56,084 bases of DNA from assembly GCA_003537755.1 (NCBI GenBank), contig DPQS01000008.1, positions 11,704 through 67,787 on the forward strand, given 5' to 3'. The position numbers and the translations under genes are program-made. Positions 47,670 to 55,276 of the stretch are shown piece after piece (position 1 is the stretch's first letter; every line of letters starts with the position of its first letter). The notes below the pieces were generated by a model, which worked only from the letters and a program-made list of their open reading frames with translations, did no database searches and had not been told where the DNA came from. Source of the DNA: Clostridiales bacterium. Its GTDB lineage: Bacteria > Bacillota > Clostridia > Christensenellales > CAG-314.

Positions 47670-50258
47670 ATGAAACACGGCAAATCAATGAGAATGCTTT
47701 GCGTTGTTTTGGCTTTGACAATCGTACTCGGCTGTTGCGCGTTTACCGCTTTGGCAGAAGACAGTACGCTTGAACTGTGGGCTGCTCTTACCGCAGACGG
47801 CACGGACTACTTCACTCAGACGGGTGACGCGGCGGCGCAGGTCTACAAGGAAAGTAAGGGCGAACAAAGCAACAAGTTTATCCGTATCACAGCAGGTAAC
47901 AGCGGCAAACAGTGGGGCTCGTTCGGGCTTAACACCGACGTACTTGCCACGGCAGGACAGTACCGCGTAGAGTTTGACGCCCGTATTCCCGAGGACTACA
48001 ACTCCGACAACTTCTACATCGCGGCGTACTTCCCCACTGTTTCCAAGACCCTTGCGGGCAGCAAAGAAGCACTGACGGCAATTATGGGCGAGGCAAACGA
48101 GTGGGGCTTCAGACACATCGTTGCGGAACTTGACGTGACAGGCTCGGGCGCAAGCGTGTTGAAATTCGGTCTTAACTGCGCAAACGGCAGTTACATCGAC
48201 ATCGACAACGTGGCAGTTTACAAGCGTACTTCCGACGTATCCTACGGCACGGAAAACCTTGCAGGCGCAAACTGCGACTTCGAAGAGTTTATGGAAAAGG
48301 GCGGCAGTAAAACTTTGACCGCCGACTGGGACAACTATCCTTTCCGCGCGGCAGCAGACGCAGGCACGGCAAGCCTTGTGTACCTTACCGAAACGAGTGC
48401 GGGAGTGCGTCTGAATCGTGAAACGACAGGCTTCGCTTCCTTCGTCAAGGACTCCGTCAAAGGCTACGCGGCAGGCACCTACACGGCGCGCGTTACGTTG
48501 ATTGCAGACAGCGGATTTACCACCGACAACATCGGTTGCCGTATCAACAAAGACGGCGGTACGCTTGCCGACAACATCAGCCTGACCGGCGCAATTACCG
48601 CAGACGGCAGGACGGAAAGCGTACTTACGGGCACCTACACAGTTGAGGCTTACGCCGAATGGACGCACTTCAACATGTGGTGCAACATCACGACGGCGGG
48701 CAAAGGTCTGACAATTACCAAGATTGAAATTCTCAATGCCGAAGGTAACAACATCGACACTCGCGGCGACCTCAGCAAAATAAGCGTTCCCTCGACGGAA
48801 ACCCTTACCGGACTTGTTTCGAAAGGTTGGGCGCACGGCTACTATGTACCCGAAAGCGACTTTGCTACGACAAGCATTGTCAAGGACGGCGACGACATCG
48901 TGCTTAAAATGGCACCGAGCGGCAGCGGTATTGCATTTACTTCTGTTACAAAGTCTGTCGACACGACAAAGATTTTGCCGGGCAAAACTTACGCAATCAG
49001 ACTGTCCGTCAAGGGCGGAAGTAAGTTTGCTACCAACAACTTCGGCTTCGGTTTGCCGACAAACAACATGGGACGTATCGAAAGCACGATTTCTTACGCG
49101 GGCATTTCTGCTACGGAAAGCGTAGTAAGCGGACTTATCACCCTTCCTGCAAACGCTGTGCTGATGGGCAACATGGACATCTGGCTGAGCAACAACGGGC
49201 TTACCGACGCGGACAACTATCTGCTTGTGGACGACATCGAAATCGTAACCGTGTCCGACGCTACGTTCAGCGCGGATCTCATCAAGGGCGAAGACGAAAC
49301 TTCTGTCGGCGCAATGGAACACATCGAATACGTACAGCAACCTGCCCTTCGCGAAACGCCCTCGGTAGACGGACTGTACAAGGCAATGCTGTTTAAGCAA
49401 GGCGACTTCGAAAACTACGACGAAGGCTTTACTTTCGGCGAAGCAAACGCTTACACGGCTTACTGGGGCAGCGTAAATCTCGACGCGCCAGGAAAAGTAG
49501 TGAAGGACGGCACAAACAAAGTTGCAAAAATCGCTTGGGACGGCAACACGAACCACAGATATTCTTCTATGTACATTCTTACCGACCCCGACGAAATGGC
49601 AACTGAAGGCGCGGTGTTCGAACTGACGTTCAGTTACAAACTGACAGGTAATTCCGCCCTTGCAAACGTGGCGTTTATCGGCGCAAGCAACAGTTCGGAT
49701 TTCTGTATGGACCTTGACGCGGTAAAAGGCGCAGGTACCTACTACACAAGCGGCGCAAATATGGACATTTACCGCTACTACGTGACAGAAAGCGATGTTG
49801 AAGGCTGGTTTAATGTACGTTTGGTATTCAAGGCTAACATCGGTCTCAAGATGCGCAGCAACTCTGTACGTTTCCTGCTCGACACGGCGCAGAACAATGA
49901 CAACGCGCTGTACATCGACAACGTAAACCTTGCGCTGTACGAAGCGGAATGCACTCACCACGTTGACGAAAACGCCGACGCCAAGTGCGACAAGTGCAAT
50001 GCGACGTTGGAATGCACCAATCACGTAGACGCCAACAATGACGGCAAGTGCGACATCTGCGGCAAACAATTGCCTTGCACCGAACACACAGACGCAAACA
50101 ACGACGGAAAATGCGACAAGTGCGGAGCAGACATGCCCAAGGAAGAAAAGAAGGGCTGCTTCGGCGTTGTTGAAATCGGCGGCGCGGCACTCATGTCTGT
50201 ACTGGCTCTCGCGGCGGTAGTGCTTGCGGCAAAACGTCCTTCGAGGAGACAAAAATGA
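47670..50258 (+). CDS. secreted multi-CBM-like surface protein with Cys/His/Asp repeats and a C-terminal TM anchor
   Basis: AAGGAG SD precedes ATG 47670. The signal peptide reads ...GCCAFTALA-EDS. Four CBM4/9/22-style module ends are seen (YIDIDNVAVYK, LTITKIEILN, LLVDDIEIVTV, LYIDNVNLALYE). The C-terminal hydrophobic helix GGAALMSVLALAAVVLAA is followed by KRPSRRQK. Confidence 0.65.
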   Translation: MKHGKSMRMLCVVLALTIVLGCCAFTALAEDSTLELWAALTADGTDYFTQTGDAAAQVYKESKGEQSNKFIRITAGNSGKQWGSFGLNTDVLATAGQYRVEFDARIPEDYNSDNFYIAAYFPTVSKTLAGSKEALTAIMGEANEWGFRHIVAELDVTGSGASVLKFGLNCANGSYIDIDNVAVYKRTSDVSYGTENLAGANCDFEEFMEKGGSKTLTADWDNYPFRAAADAGTASLVYLTETSAGVRLNRETTGFASFVKDSVKGYAAGTYTARVTLIADSGFTTDNIGCRINKDGGTLADNISLTGAITADGRTESVLTGTYTVEAYAEWTHFNMWCNITTAGKGLTITKIEILNAEGNNIDTRGDLSKISVPSTETLTGLVSKGWAHGYYVPESDFATTSIVKDGDDIVLKMAPSGSGIAFTSVTKSVDTTKILPGKTYAIRLSVKGGSKFATNNFGFGLPTNNMGRIESTISYAGISATESVVSGLITLPANAVLMGNMDIWLSNNGLTDADNYLLVDDIEIVTVSDATFSADLIKGEDETSVGAMEHIEYVQQPALRETPSVDGLYKAMLFKQGDFENYDEGFTFGEANAYTAYWGSVNLDAPGKVVKDGTNKVAKIAWDGNTNHRYSSMYILTDPDEMATEGAVFELTFSYKLTGNSALANVAFIGASNSSDFCMDLDAVKGAGTYYTSGANMDIYRYYVTESDVEGWFNVRLVFKANIGLKMRSNSVRFLLDTAQNNDNALYIDNVNLALYEAECTHHVDENADAKCDKCNATLECTNHVDANNDGKCDICGKQLPCTEHTDANNDGKCDKCGADMPKEEKKGCFGVVEIGGAALMSVLALAAVVLAAKRPSRRQK
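49950..50138 (+). repeat. three in-frame 63-bp (21-aa) tandem repeats C-T-x-H-x-D-x-N-x-D-x-K-C-D-x-C
   Basis: The repeats are CTHHVDENADAKCDKCNATLE, CTNHVDANNDGKCDICGKQLP and CTEHTDANNDGKCDKCGADMP. Confidence 0.85.
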
Positions 50259-51508
50259 GTAACAAATTAAGGTTTGCGGCAATTGTGATGTGCGCCGTAA
50301 TTGCTTTGTCGGTGGTGGGGCTTGTCGCTTGTAACGGTGACAACCCCGATACGCCCGACAATCCGGACAAGCCCGAACCCACCCCTATCGGCACGCCGCT
50401 CAAAGTTTATTCCGACAAAATTTCGTCGGTTTACGACGTGGCAATGCTGACAGGACCGAGTGGCAAAACAAACACCCATGCCGACTGGGGCATAGGCGGC
50501 ACCGACCTCGGTTTTCCGTACTACGACGCTACAAACAACAAGATGATGTTTCTGTTCGGCGACACCTTTTCTTCCGTAAACAAAGGCAATGCCGGCTGGC
50601 GCAGTAACGTGCTGGGCGTGACGAGCGACTTCGACGCAAGCGACGGCATCACATTTGACAGTTTTGTCTGCAACATGCCGGGCATGGCTAAGCAGGTTAT
50701 CGACTCGGTGCACGACACAAGCAACGAGGGCGAGTACACAAGTATTCCCACGGGCGGTATCGAACTTAACGGTACGCATTACGTGTTTTACATGGCAATC
50801 AAGGATTGGCAATACAACACCTGGAATGTCAACTACTGCAACGTTGCCAAGTCCACCGACGGCAAAAACTTTGTCAAGATGAACAACCTGTACTGGCTCA
50901 ACTCTTCTGCGAAAAACAGCCGTGCCGAAGCAAACGTCATGAGTACTCTCGGCGTAAGCAAAGCCGATGCGGCGGGTCACGTTGCGCCTGCGTTTATGCA
51001 GATTTTCCCCTACATTTACGGCGACTACGTGTACATGTTCGGGCTTCCCAGCGGAAGAAGCGGCGGAGTGAAACTTGCGCGCGTGCTGAAAGCGGACATA
51101 GAAAGTTTTGACAAGTATCAGTACTACTACGACGGCAACTGGTACACAGGCGCGGAAGGGCTTGCCAAGGTCAAGGACGAAATGGACGAAGCCTCGTATG
51201 TGGTCTTGCCCACCGTCGGCGAAGTGTGCGTGTCTTACAACAAGTACCTTGAGGCGCACATGATGACCTACTACACCAACAACAAAATCGTGTTCCGCAC
51301 GTCCAAGGACCTTGTAAAGTGGTCCAGGGCGGAAACAATCGTCACCAATGCGGAATTTTTGCAACTGTATGGCGGTTTTACGCACGAAAAGTACACAAGC
51401 GACGACGGCAAGACGGTGTATCTCATGTTGTCCAAGTGGTACAACTACGTCGATTCGAGCGACCCGACGGGTTACAACGTGCGAGTACTTAGTTTTACAT
51501 TAAACTAA
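50255..51508 (+). CDS. DUF4185-domain (GH183-like) lipoprotein, extracellular paralog 2
   Basis: ATGA overlap with the upstream stop. Lipobox VVGLVAC followed by a Pro/Asp-rich linker (NGDNPDTPDNPDKPEPTP). Blocks GGTDLGFPYY, MMFLFGDTF, GWRSNVLG, GDYVYMFGLPSGRSGG and LYGGFTHE are present. Confidence 0.6.
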   Translation: MSNKLRFAAIVMCAVIALSVVGLVACNGDNPDTPDNPDKPEPTPIGTPLKVYSDKISSVYDVAMLTGPSGKTNTHADWGIGGTDLGFPYYDATNNKMMFLFGDTFSSVNKGNAGWRSNVLGVTSDFDASDGITFDSFVCNMPGMAKQVIDSVHDTSNEGEYTSIPTGGIELNGTHYVFYMAIKDWQYNTWNVNYCNVAKSTDGKNFVKMNNLYWLNSSAKNSRAEANVMSTLGVSKADAAGHVAPAFMQIFPYIYGDYVYMFGLPSGRSGGVKLARVLKADIESFDKYQYYYDGNWYTGAEGLAKVKDEMDEASYVVLPTVGEVCVSYNKYLEAHMMTYYTNNKIVFRTSKDLVKWSRAETIVTNAEFLQLYGGFTHEKYTSDDGKTVYLMLSKWYNYVDSSDPTGYNVRVLSFTLN

Positions 51509-51523
51509 TCCGTTATTAACTGA

Positions 51524-51556
51524 TAAGGCAGTCGGATTTCGTATTCGGCTGCCTTA
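51524..51556 (+). other. 13-bp stem-loop after the lipoprotein gene (terminator-like but without a U-tract)
   Basis: TAAGGCAGTCGGA (51524-51536) pairs with TTCGGCTGCCTTA (51544-51556, two G.U pairs). The following sequence CAACTAAAACG lacks a T-run. Confidence 0.4.
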
Positions 51557-51569
51557 CAACTAAAACGAT

Positions 51570-51599
51570 GTTGACAAAATGTCAACAAAATAGTATTAT
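51570..51599 (+). promoter_or_regulatory. promoter with a palindrome overlapping the -35 (candidate operator)
   Basis: TTGACA (51571-51576), 17-bp spacer, TATTAT (51594-51599). GTTGACA-AAA-TGTCAAC (51570-51586) is an inverted repeat with 7-bp arms. Confidence 0.5.
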
Positions 51600-51613
51600 T
51601 TCAGGAGAGCATT

Positions 51614-52735
51614 ATGTCGTATGTAATTTATCCCAAAACAAAGCATGTGGCAAAAATCAAGGAATTGTCTGTGCTTCTCGGAAGCAAGGCGTACAGCCCG
51701 ACGACAAAATACAACGTCGGCGGCAGCGACCTCGGCATACCGTGCTACGACGACAAGCGCGGCAAAATGTACTTCTGGTTCGGCGACACTTTCCGTGAGG
51801 AAAACCTGATCGGCAGTGACTGGCGCAGCAACACCGTGGGCATCTCGCAATGCAAGGATTTGTCCGAGGGCATTGTGTGGGACGAGTTTTTGTGCGACGA
51901 CGACGGCAAAGCGGTGGAAGTTACCAATTCCAAAAAGACGGAAAACGACCTTTGCGAGGAAGTGACAAACATCCCGACCGGCGCAATCTGTGTAGGCGGC
52001 GTGCATTACATGTTTTACATGTCCATTGCCAAGTGGCTTCCCGGCATCGGCTGGATTGTCAACTACAATGGCGTAATGAAGTCCGTTGACGGCAAGCACT
52101 TTACGCGGTGCAAAGAAATGTACTTTACCTGCGCCAACAAGGAAGTTGCGACAAGGCTTCTCGGGATAAGCGACGACGACTACGAGGCGCATTTGCATCC
52201 CGGCTTCGCGCAGGTTTTTCCCATTCTTGCCAATGACGGCTACGTGTATCTGTTCGGACTTGAGGCAGGAAGACACGGCGGCGTCAAGCTGGCACGCGTA
52301 AAGCCGGGCGACATCGAGGATATGAGCAGGTACGAATATTTTTTGAAGGACGGCAGTTATCTGCGCGGCGACGAAGGGCGCGTTCGCTCGGCAAACGAGG
52401 ACTGCGAAATAGTGCCGCCCGACGTAGGAGAAATTTCCGTATGCTACAGCCGCTATCTCGGCAAATACGTAATGACCTACCTGTCCGACAAACCTTGTTC
52501 GAGGGAAACGCCCGGCATCGTCATGCGCGTAAGCGACAATCTGACAGAGTGGAGCGAAGCGGAATTAGTGCTTAGCTATTACGACTACTACAAGTTGTAC
52601 GGCGGCTTTATGCACGAAAGACTTGCCTCCGACGACGGTAAAAAAATGTACATGTTGTTGTCGCAGTGGACTTCGCCGCGCAAGCGCGACCACGGCTACA
52701 ACGTAAAACTAATGGAGATTACACTTAAAAAATGA
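51614..52735 (+). CDS. DUF4185-domain protein (GH183-like), cytoplasmic paralog 3
   Basis: AGGAGAG SD is present and there is no signal peptide. Blocks GGSDLGIPCY, MYFWFGDTF, DWRSNTVG, DGYVYLFGLEAGRHGG and LYGGFMHE are present. Confidence 0.6.
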   Translation: MSYVIYPKTKHVAKIKELSVLLGSKAYSPTTKYNVGGSDLGIPCYDDKRGKMYFWFGDTFREENLIGSDWRSNTVGISQCKDLSEGIVWDEFLCDDDGKAVEVTNSKKTENDLCEEVTNIPTGAICVGGVHYMFYMSIAKWLPGIGWIVNYNGVMKSVDGKHFTRCKEMYFTCANKEVATRLLGISDDDYEAHLHPGFAQVFPILANDGYVYLFGLEAGRHGGVKLARVKPGDIEDMSRYEYFLKDGSYLRGDEGRVRSANEDCEIVPPDVGEISVCYSRYLGKYVMTYLSDKPCSRETPGIVMRVSDNLTEWSEAELVLSYYDYYKLYGGFMHERLASDDGKKMYMLLSQWTSPRKRDHGYNVKLMEITLKK

Positions 52736-53727
52736 CAATTGACGAAATTGCACGTATGACGGGCTATTCGCGGGCGACGGTGGCAAGGGCACTGTCGGGC
52801 AAGGGCTATTGCGGCAAAGACAAAAAGGAACAAATTCTGCGCGTTGCAAAGGAGGGCGGCTACCGCCCCAATTACTCTGCGCGGTGTCTGAGAGAAGACA
52901 AAACAAACAGAATACTGGTGTGCTTGCCCAACTTCAACAACTCTTTCTACTTCGACCTTGTCAGCGGACTTACGGAAAAGTTTGCCGAAAGCGGTTACTG
53001 CGTGATGCTGTTTGACAGCGGCGGCGATTCGCAAAAGGAACTTGAAAGCATAAACATGCTCAACCAGAAATATTGCGACGGACTGGTGTTTGTTTCGTTG
53101 GACTTCAACGACGACAACATCGCGGCGGTGCGTGCTTCGGGGCGACCTGTGGTGCTGACAAACCGTTACCTGGGACTGCGCGACGACGACAATTTCGACT
53201 ACGTGTACCTTGACCACGAAAAGGCAATGTACAAGGCAACGACCCACCTTATCGATTGCGGTTGCAAACGCATTGCGCTGTTTGTAGGTAACGACGAACA
53301 ACAGACCTCGCGTGAACGTACTCAGGGTTACTACGCCGCGCTTAACGAACGCGGAATTGCCGTTGACAAAAGCCTTGTCATTGACGCGGGTTTTAAGGAG
53401 GACGTTGCGGCGACGAAGTTTGCCGAACTGGCAGGCGGCGGCGCGGATTTTGACGGCGTAATTGCTGCAAGCGACCTTATGGGTATGGGTATTTACCGGG
53501 CGGCAAAAAGTTGCAATCTGCAGATAGGGCGCGACTTCAAAATGGTGTCGTTTGACAACACCGATTTTACGACAATTGCCACGCCGGGTATTACGTCCAT
53601 CGACATGCGACAAAGGGAAATAGGTGCCAATGCCGCAATGCTGCTTACCGAGCGTATTCGCGGACGTAAGCAAAGCAAAACGGTAGTACTTGAACCGCGC
53701 GTAATCGTGCGCGATTCGTCAAGATAG
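52732..53727 (+). CDS. LacI/GalR-family transcriptional regulator
   Basis: ATGA overlap with the upstream stop. The N-terminal HTH reads MTIDEIARMTGYSRATVARALSG. The periplasmic-binding-protein-like core has the usual blocks (ILVCLPNFNNSFY, RIALFVG, VSFDN). Confidence 0.85.
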   Translation: MTIDEIARMTGYSRATVARALSGKGYCGKDKKEQILRVAKEGGYRPNYSARCLREDKTNRILVCLPNFNNSFYFDLVSGLTEKFAESGYCVMLFDSGGDSQKELESINMLNQKYCDGLVFVSLDFNDDNIAAVRASGRPVVLTNRYLGLRDDDNFDYVYLDHEKAMYKATTHLIDCGCKRIALFVGNDEQQTSRERTQGYYAALNERGIAVDKSLVIDAGFKEDVAATKFAELAGGGADFDGVIAASDLMGMGIYRAAKSCNLQIGRDFKMVSFDNTDFTTIATPGITSIDMRQREIGANAAMLLTERIRGRKQSKTVVLEPRVIVRDSSR

Positions 53728-53774
53728 GACAAACAATCGGCTGAAATTTTACGGTTTTGAAAAGGACTGAAATT

Positions 53775-54365
53775 ATGTACAAAGATTTACTTACGGAATT
53801 TATGACGGCGGAGAAAAACGCCGTAGACGAACTTATACGACAGACGGGAAAGCAGTACGACAAAGTAATCGACGCGCTTCTCGGGTGCCGCGGCAAAGTG
53901 GTGTTTTTCGGCATAGGCAAAAGCGGACACATCGGCGCGAAACTTGCCGCAACCTTTGCCAGCACCGGCACGCCTGCTATGTTTGTACATGCGGCGGAAG
54001 CGCGCCACGGCGACTTCGGCATGATCGAGCAGCGTGACGTTGTAATTTTGCTTTCCCACAGCGGGACGACAAGTGAAACGACGTCTGCGGTAGCCTCGCT
54101 TAAAAACATCGGTTGCAAGACCATTGCCTTTTGCAAGAGTGCCGACAGCCTGCTTGCCAGGGAGTGCGACCTTGCAATCAACTACCCATTTGACAAGGAA
54201 GCCGACCGCATGGGCGTAGCACCCAGCAGCAGTACCACGGTACAACTGGTGCTTGGCGACGCGATCGGGCTTACGCTGTCCGCGCTCAAGGGCTTTACAC
54301 GAGAAGATTTTCACAAGTTTCACCCGGGCGGCGCACTGGGCAAAATGCTGGAGGAACACAAATGA
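53775..54365 (+). CDS. single-SIS-domain D-arabinose 5-phosphate isomerase (KpsF/GutQ-like, no CBS domains)
   Basis: VVFFGIGKSGHIGAKLAATFASTGTPAMFVHAAEARHGDFGM, VVILLSHSGTTSET and APSSSTTVQLVLGDA match the API SIS-domain signature. The protein ends at ~196 aa, before any CBS pair. Confidence 0.7.
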   Translation: MYKDLLTEFMTAEKNAVDELIRQTGKQYDKVIDALLGCRGKVVFFGIGKSGHIGAKLAATFASTGTPAMFVHAAEARHGDFGMIEQRDVVILLSHSGTTSETTSAVASLKNIGCKTIAFCKSADSLLARECDLAINYPFDKEADRMGVAPSSSTTVQLVLGDAIGLTLSALKGFTREDFHKFHPGGALGKMLEEHK

Positions 54366-55276
54366 GCGTACTTGTAGTAGGCAGTTTTGTAACAGACCTT
54401 GTCGCGCTGTGCGAACGCGCACCCGAGGCAGGCGAAACATTGCACGGCAAAGAGTTTAATATCTACCTCGGTGGCAAAGGCGCAAATCAGGCTGTTGCGG
54501 CAAAGCGCATGGGCGCAGACGTGACGATGGTAGGGTGTGTAGGTAACGACATTTTCGGTGACGACTTTGTAAAGACATTTACCGAAGAAGGTTTTGACAC
54601 GCAGTACATCAAACGCACGAGCAACGCTCGTACGGGTTGCAGCCTTGTTACCCTTGAAACCAACGGACAAAACCGCATCTGTATGACACCGGGAGCAAAT
54701 CTCGAGTTTACGACCGACGACCTGTATGCGCTGGAAAGCCTTGTAGAAAAGGCAAACATAGTGGTGACTCAATGCGAAATGCGTCCCGAGATAGTTGACG
54801 AACTGGCAAAACTTTGCACAAAACACAACAAAAAATTTGTGCTGAATCCTGCCCCTGCCCGCACGTTCAAGGGCGAAACGCTTGCGGCGTGCTACGTAAT
54901 ATCGCCCAACGAAACGGAACTGGGGGTAATAGTGGGTCGCACGCTTAACACCGACGAAGAGTTTGTGTCCGCAGCAAAGGAACTGCTTACAAAGGGCGTA
55001 AAGAACGTAATAGTTACGCTTGGCAGCCGCGGAAGCCTGCTCGTAAACGCAGATACTACGCAGATTGTGCCTGCCATGAAAGTGAAAGCGGTGGACACGG
55101 TAGGCGCAGGCGACTCGTTTACCGGCTCGCTTGCGGCGTTCCTTGACGAAGGAAAGGATGTGTTGTCGGCGATGAAACTTAGTACGATTGTGGGCGGCTT
55201 GCAGGTACAGAAGCACGGTGCGATTCCGTCCATGCCCTACCGCGCGGAAGTGGACAAAGTGGCAAACGGCAAGTAA
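54362..55276 (+). CDS. ribokinase-family (PfkB) pentose kinase
   Basis: ATGA overlap with the upstream stop. GGKGANQAVAAKRMGA (ribokinase signature 1) and DTVGAGDSFTGSLAAF (signature 2) are present. The N-terminus reads VVGSFVTD. Confidence 0.8.
   Translation: MSVLVVGSFVTDLVALCERAPEAGETLHGKEFNIYLGGKGANQAVAAKRMGADVTMVGCVGNDIFGDDFVKTFTEEGFDTQYIKRTSNARTGCSLVTLETNGQNRICMTPGANLEFTTDDLYALESLVEKANIVVTQCEMRPEIVDELAKLCTKHNKKFVLNPAPARTFKGETLAACYVISPNETELGVIVGRTLNTDEEFVSAAKELLTKGVKNVIVTLGSRGSLLVNADTTQIVPAMKVKAVDTVGAGDSFTGSLAAFLDEGKDVLSAMKLSTIVGGLQVQKHGAIPSMPYRAEVDKVANGK

Noticed and set aside
47685-50282. Very long antisense ORFs opposite recognisable genes. Examples are 47685..50282 (865 aa), 40858..41949, 41950..43029, 43194..44231, 46476..47399, 50267..51385, 52696..53673, 54320..55279, 20889..22025, 23301..24176, 28197..29189 and 9732..10649.
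   Set aside because: Their translations are R/H/C/K/V-rich low-complexity strings without SD sites or family motifs. The opposite strand in each case encodes a protein with clear family signatures, signal peptides or TM helices. They are shadow ORFs caused by the codon bias of the sense genes.
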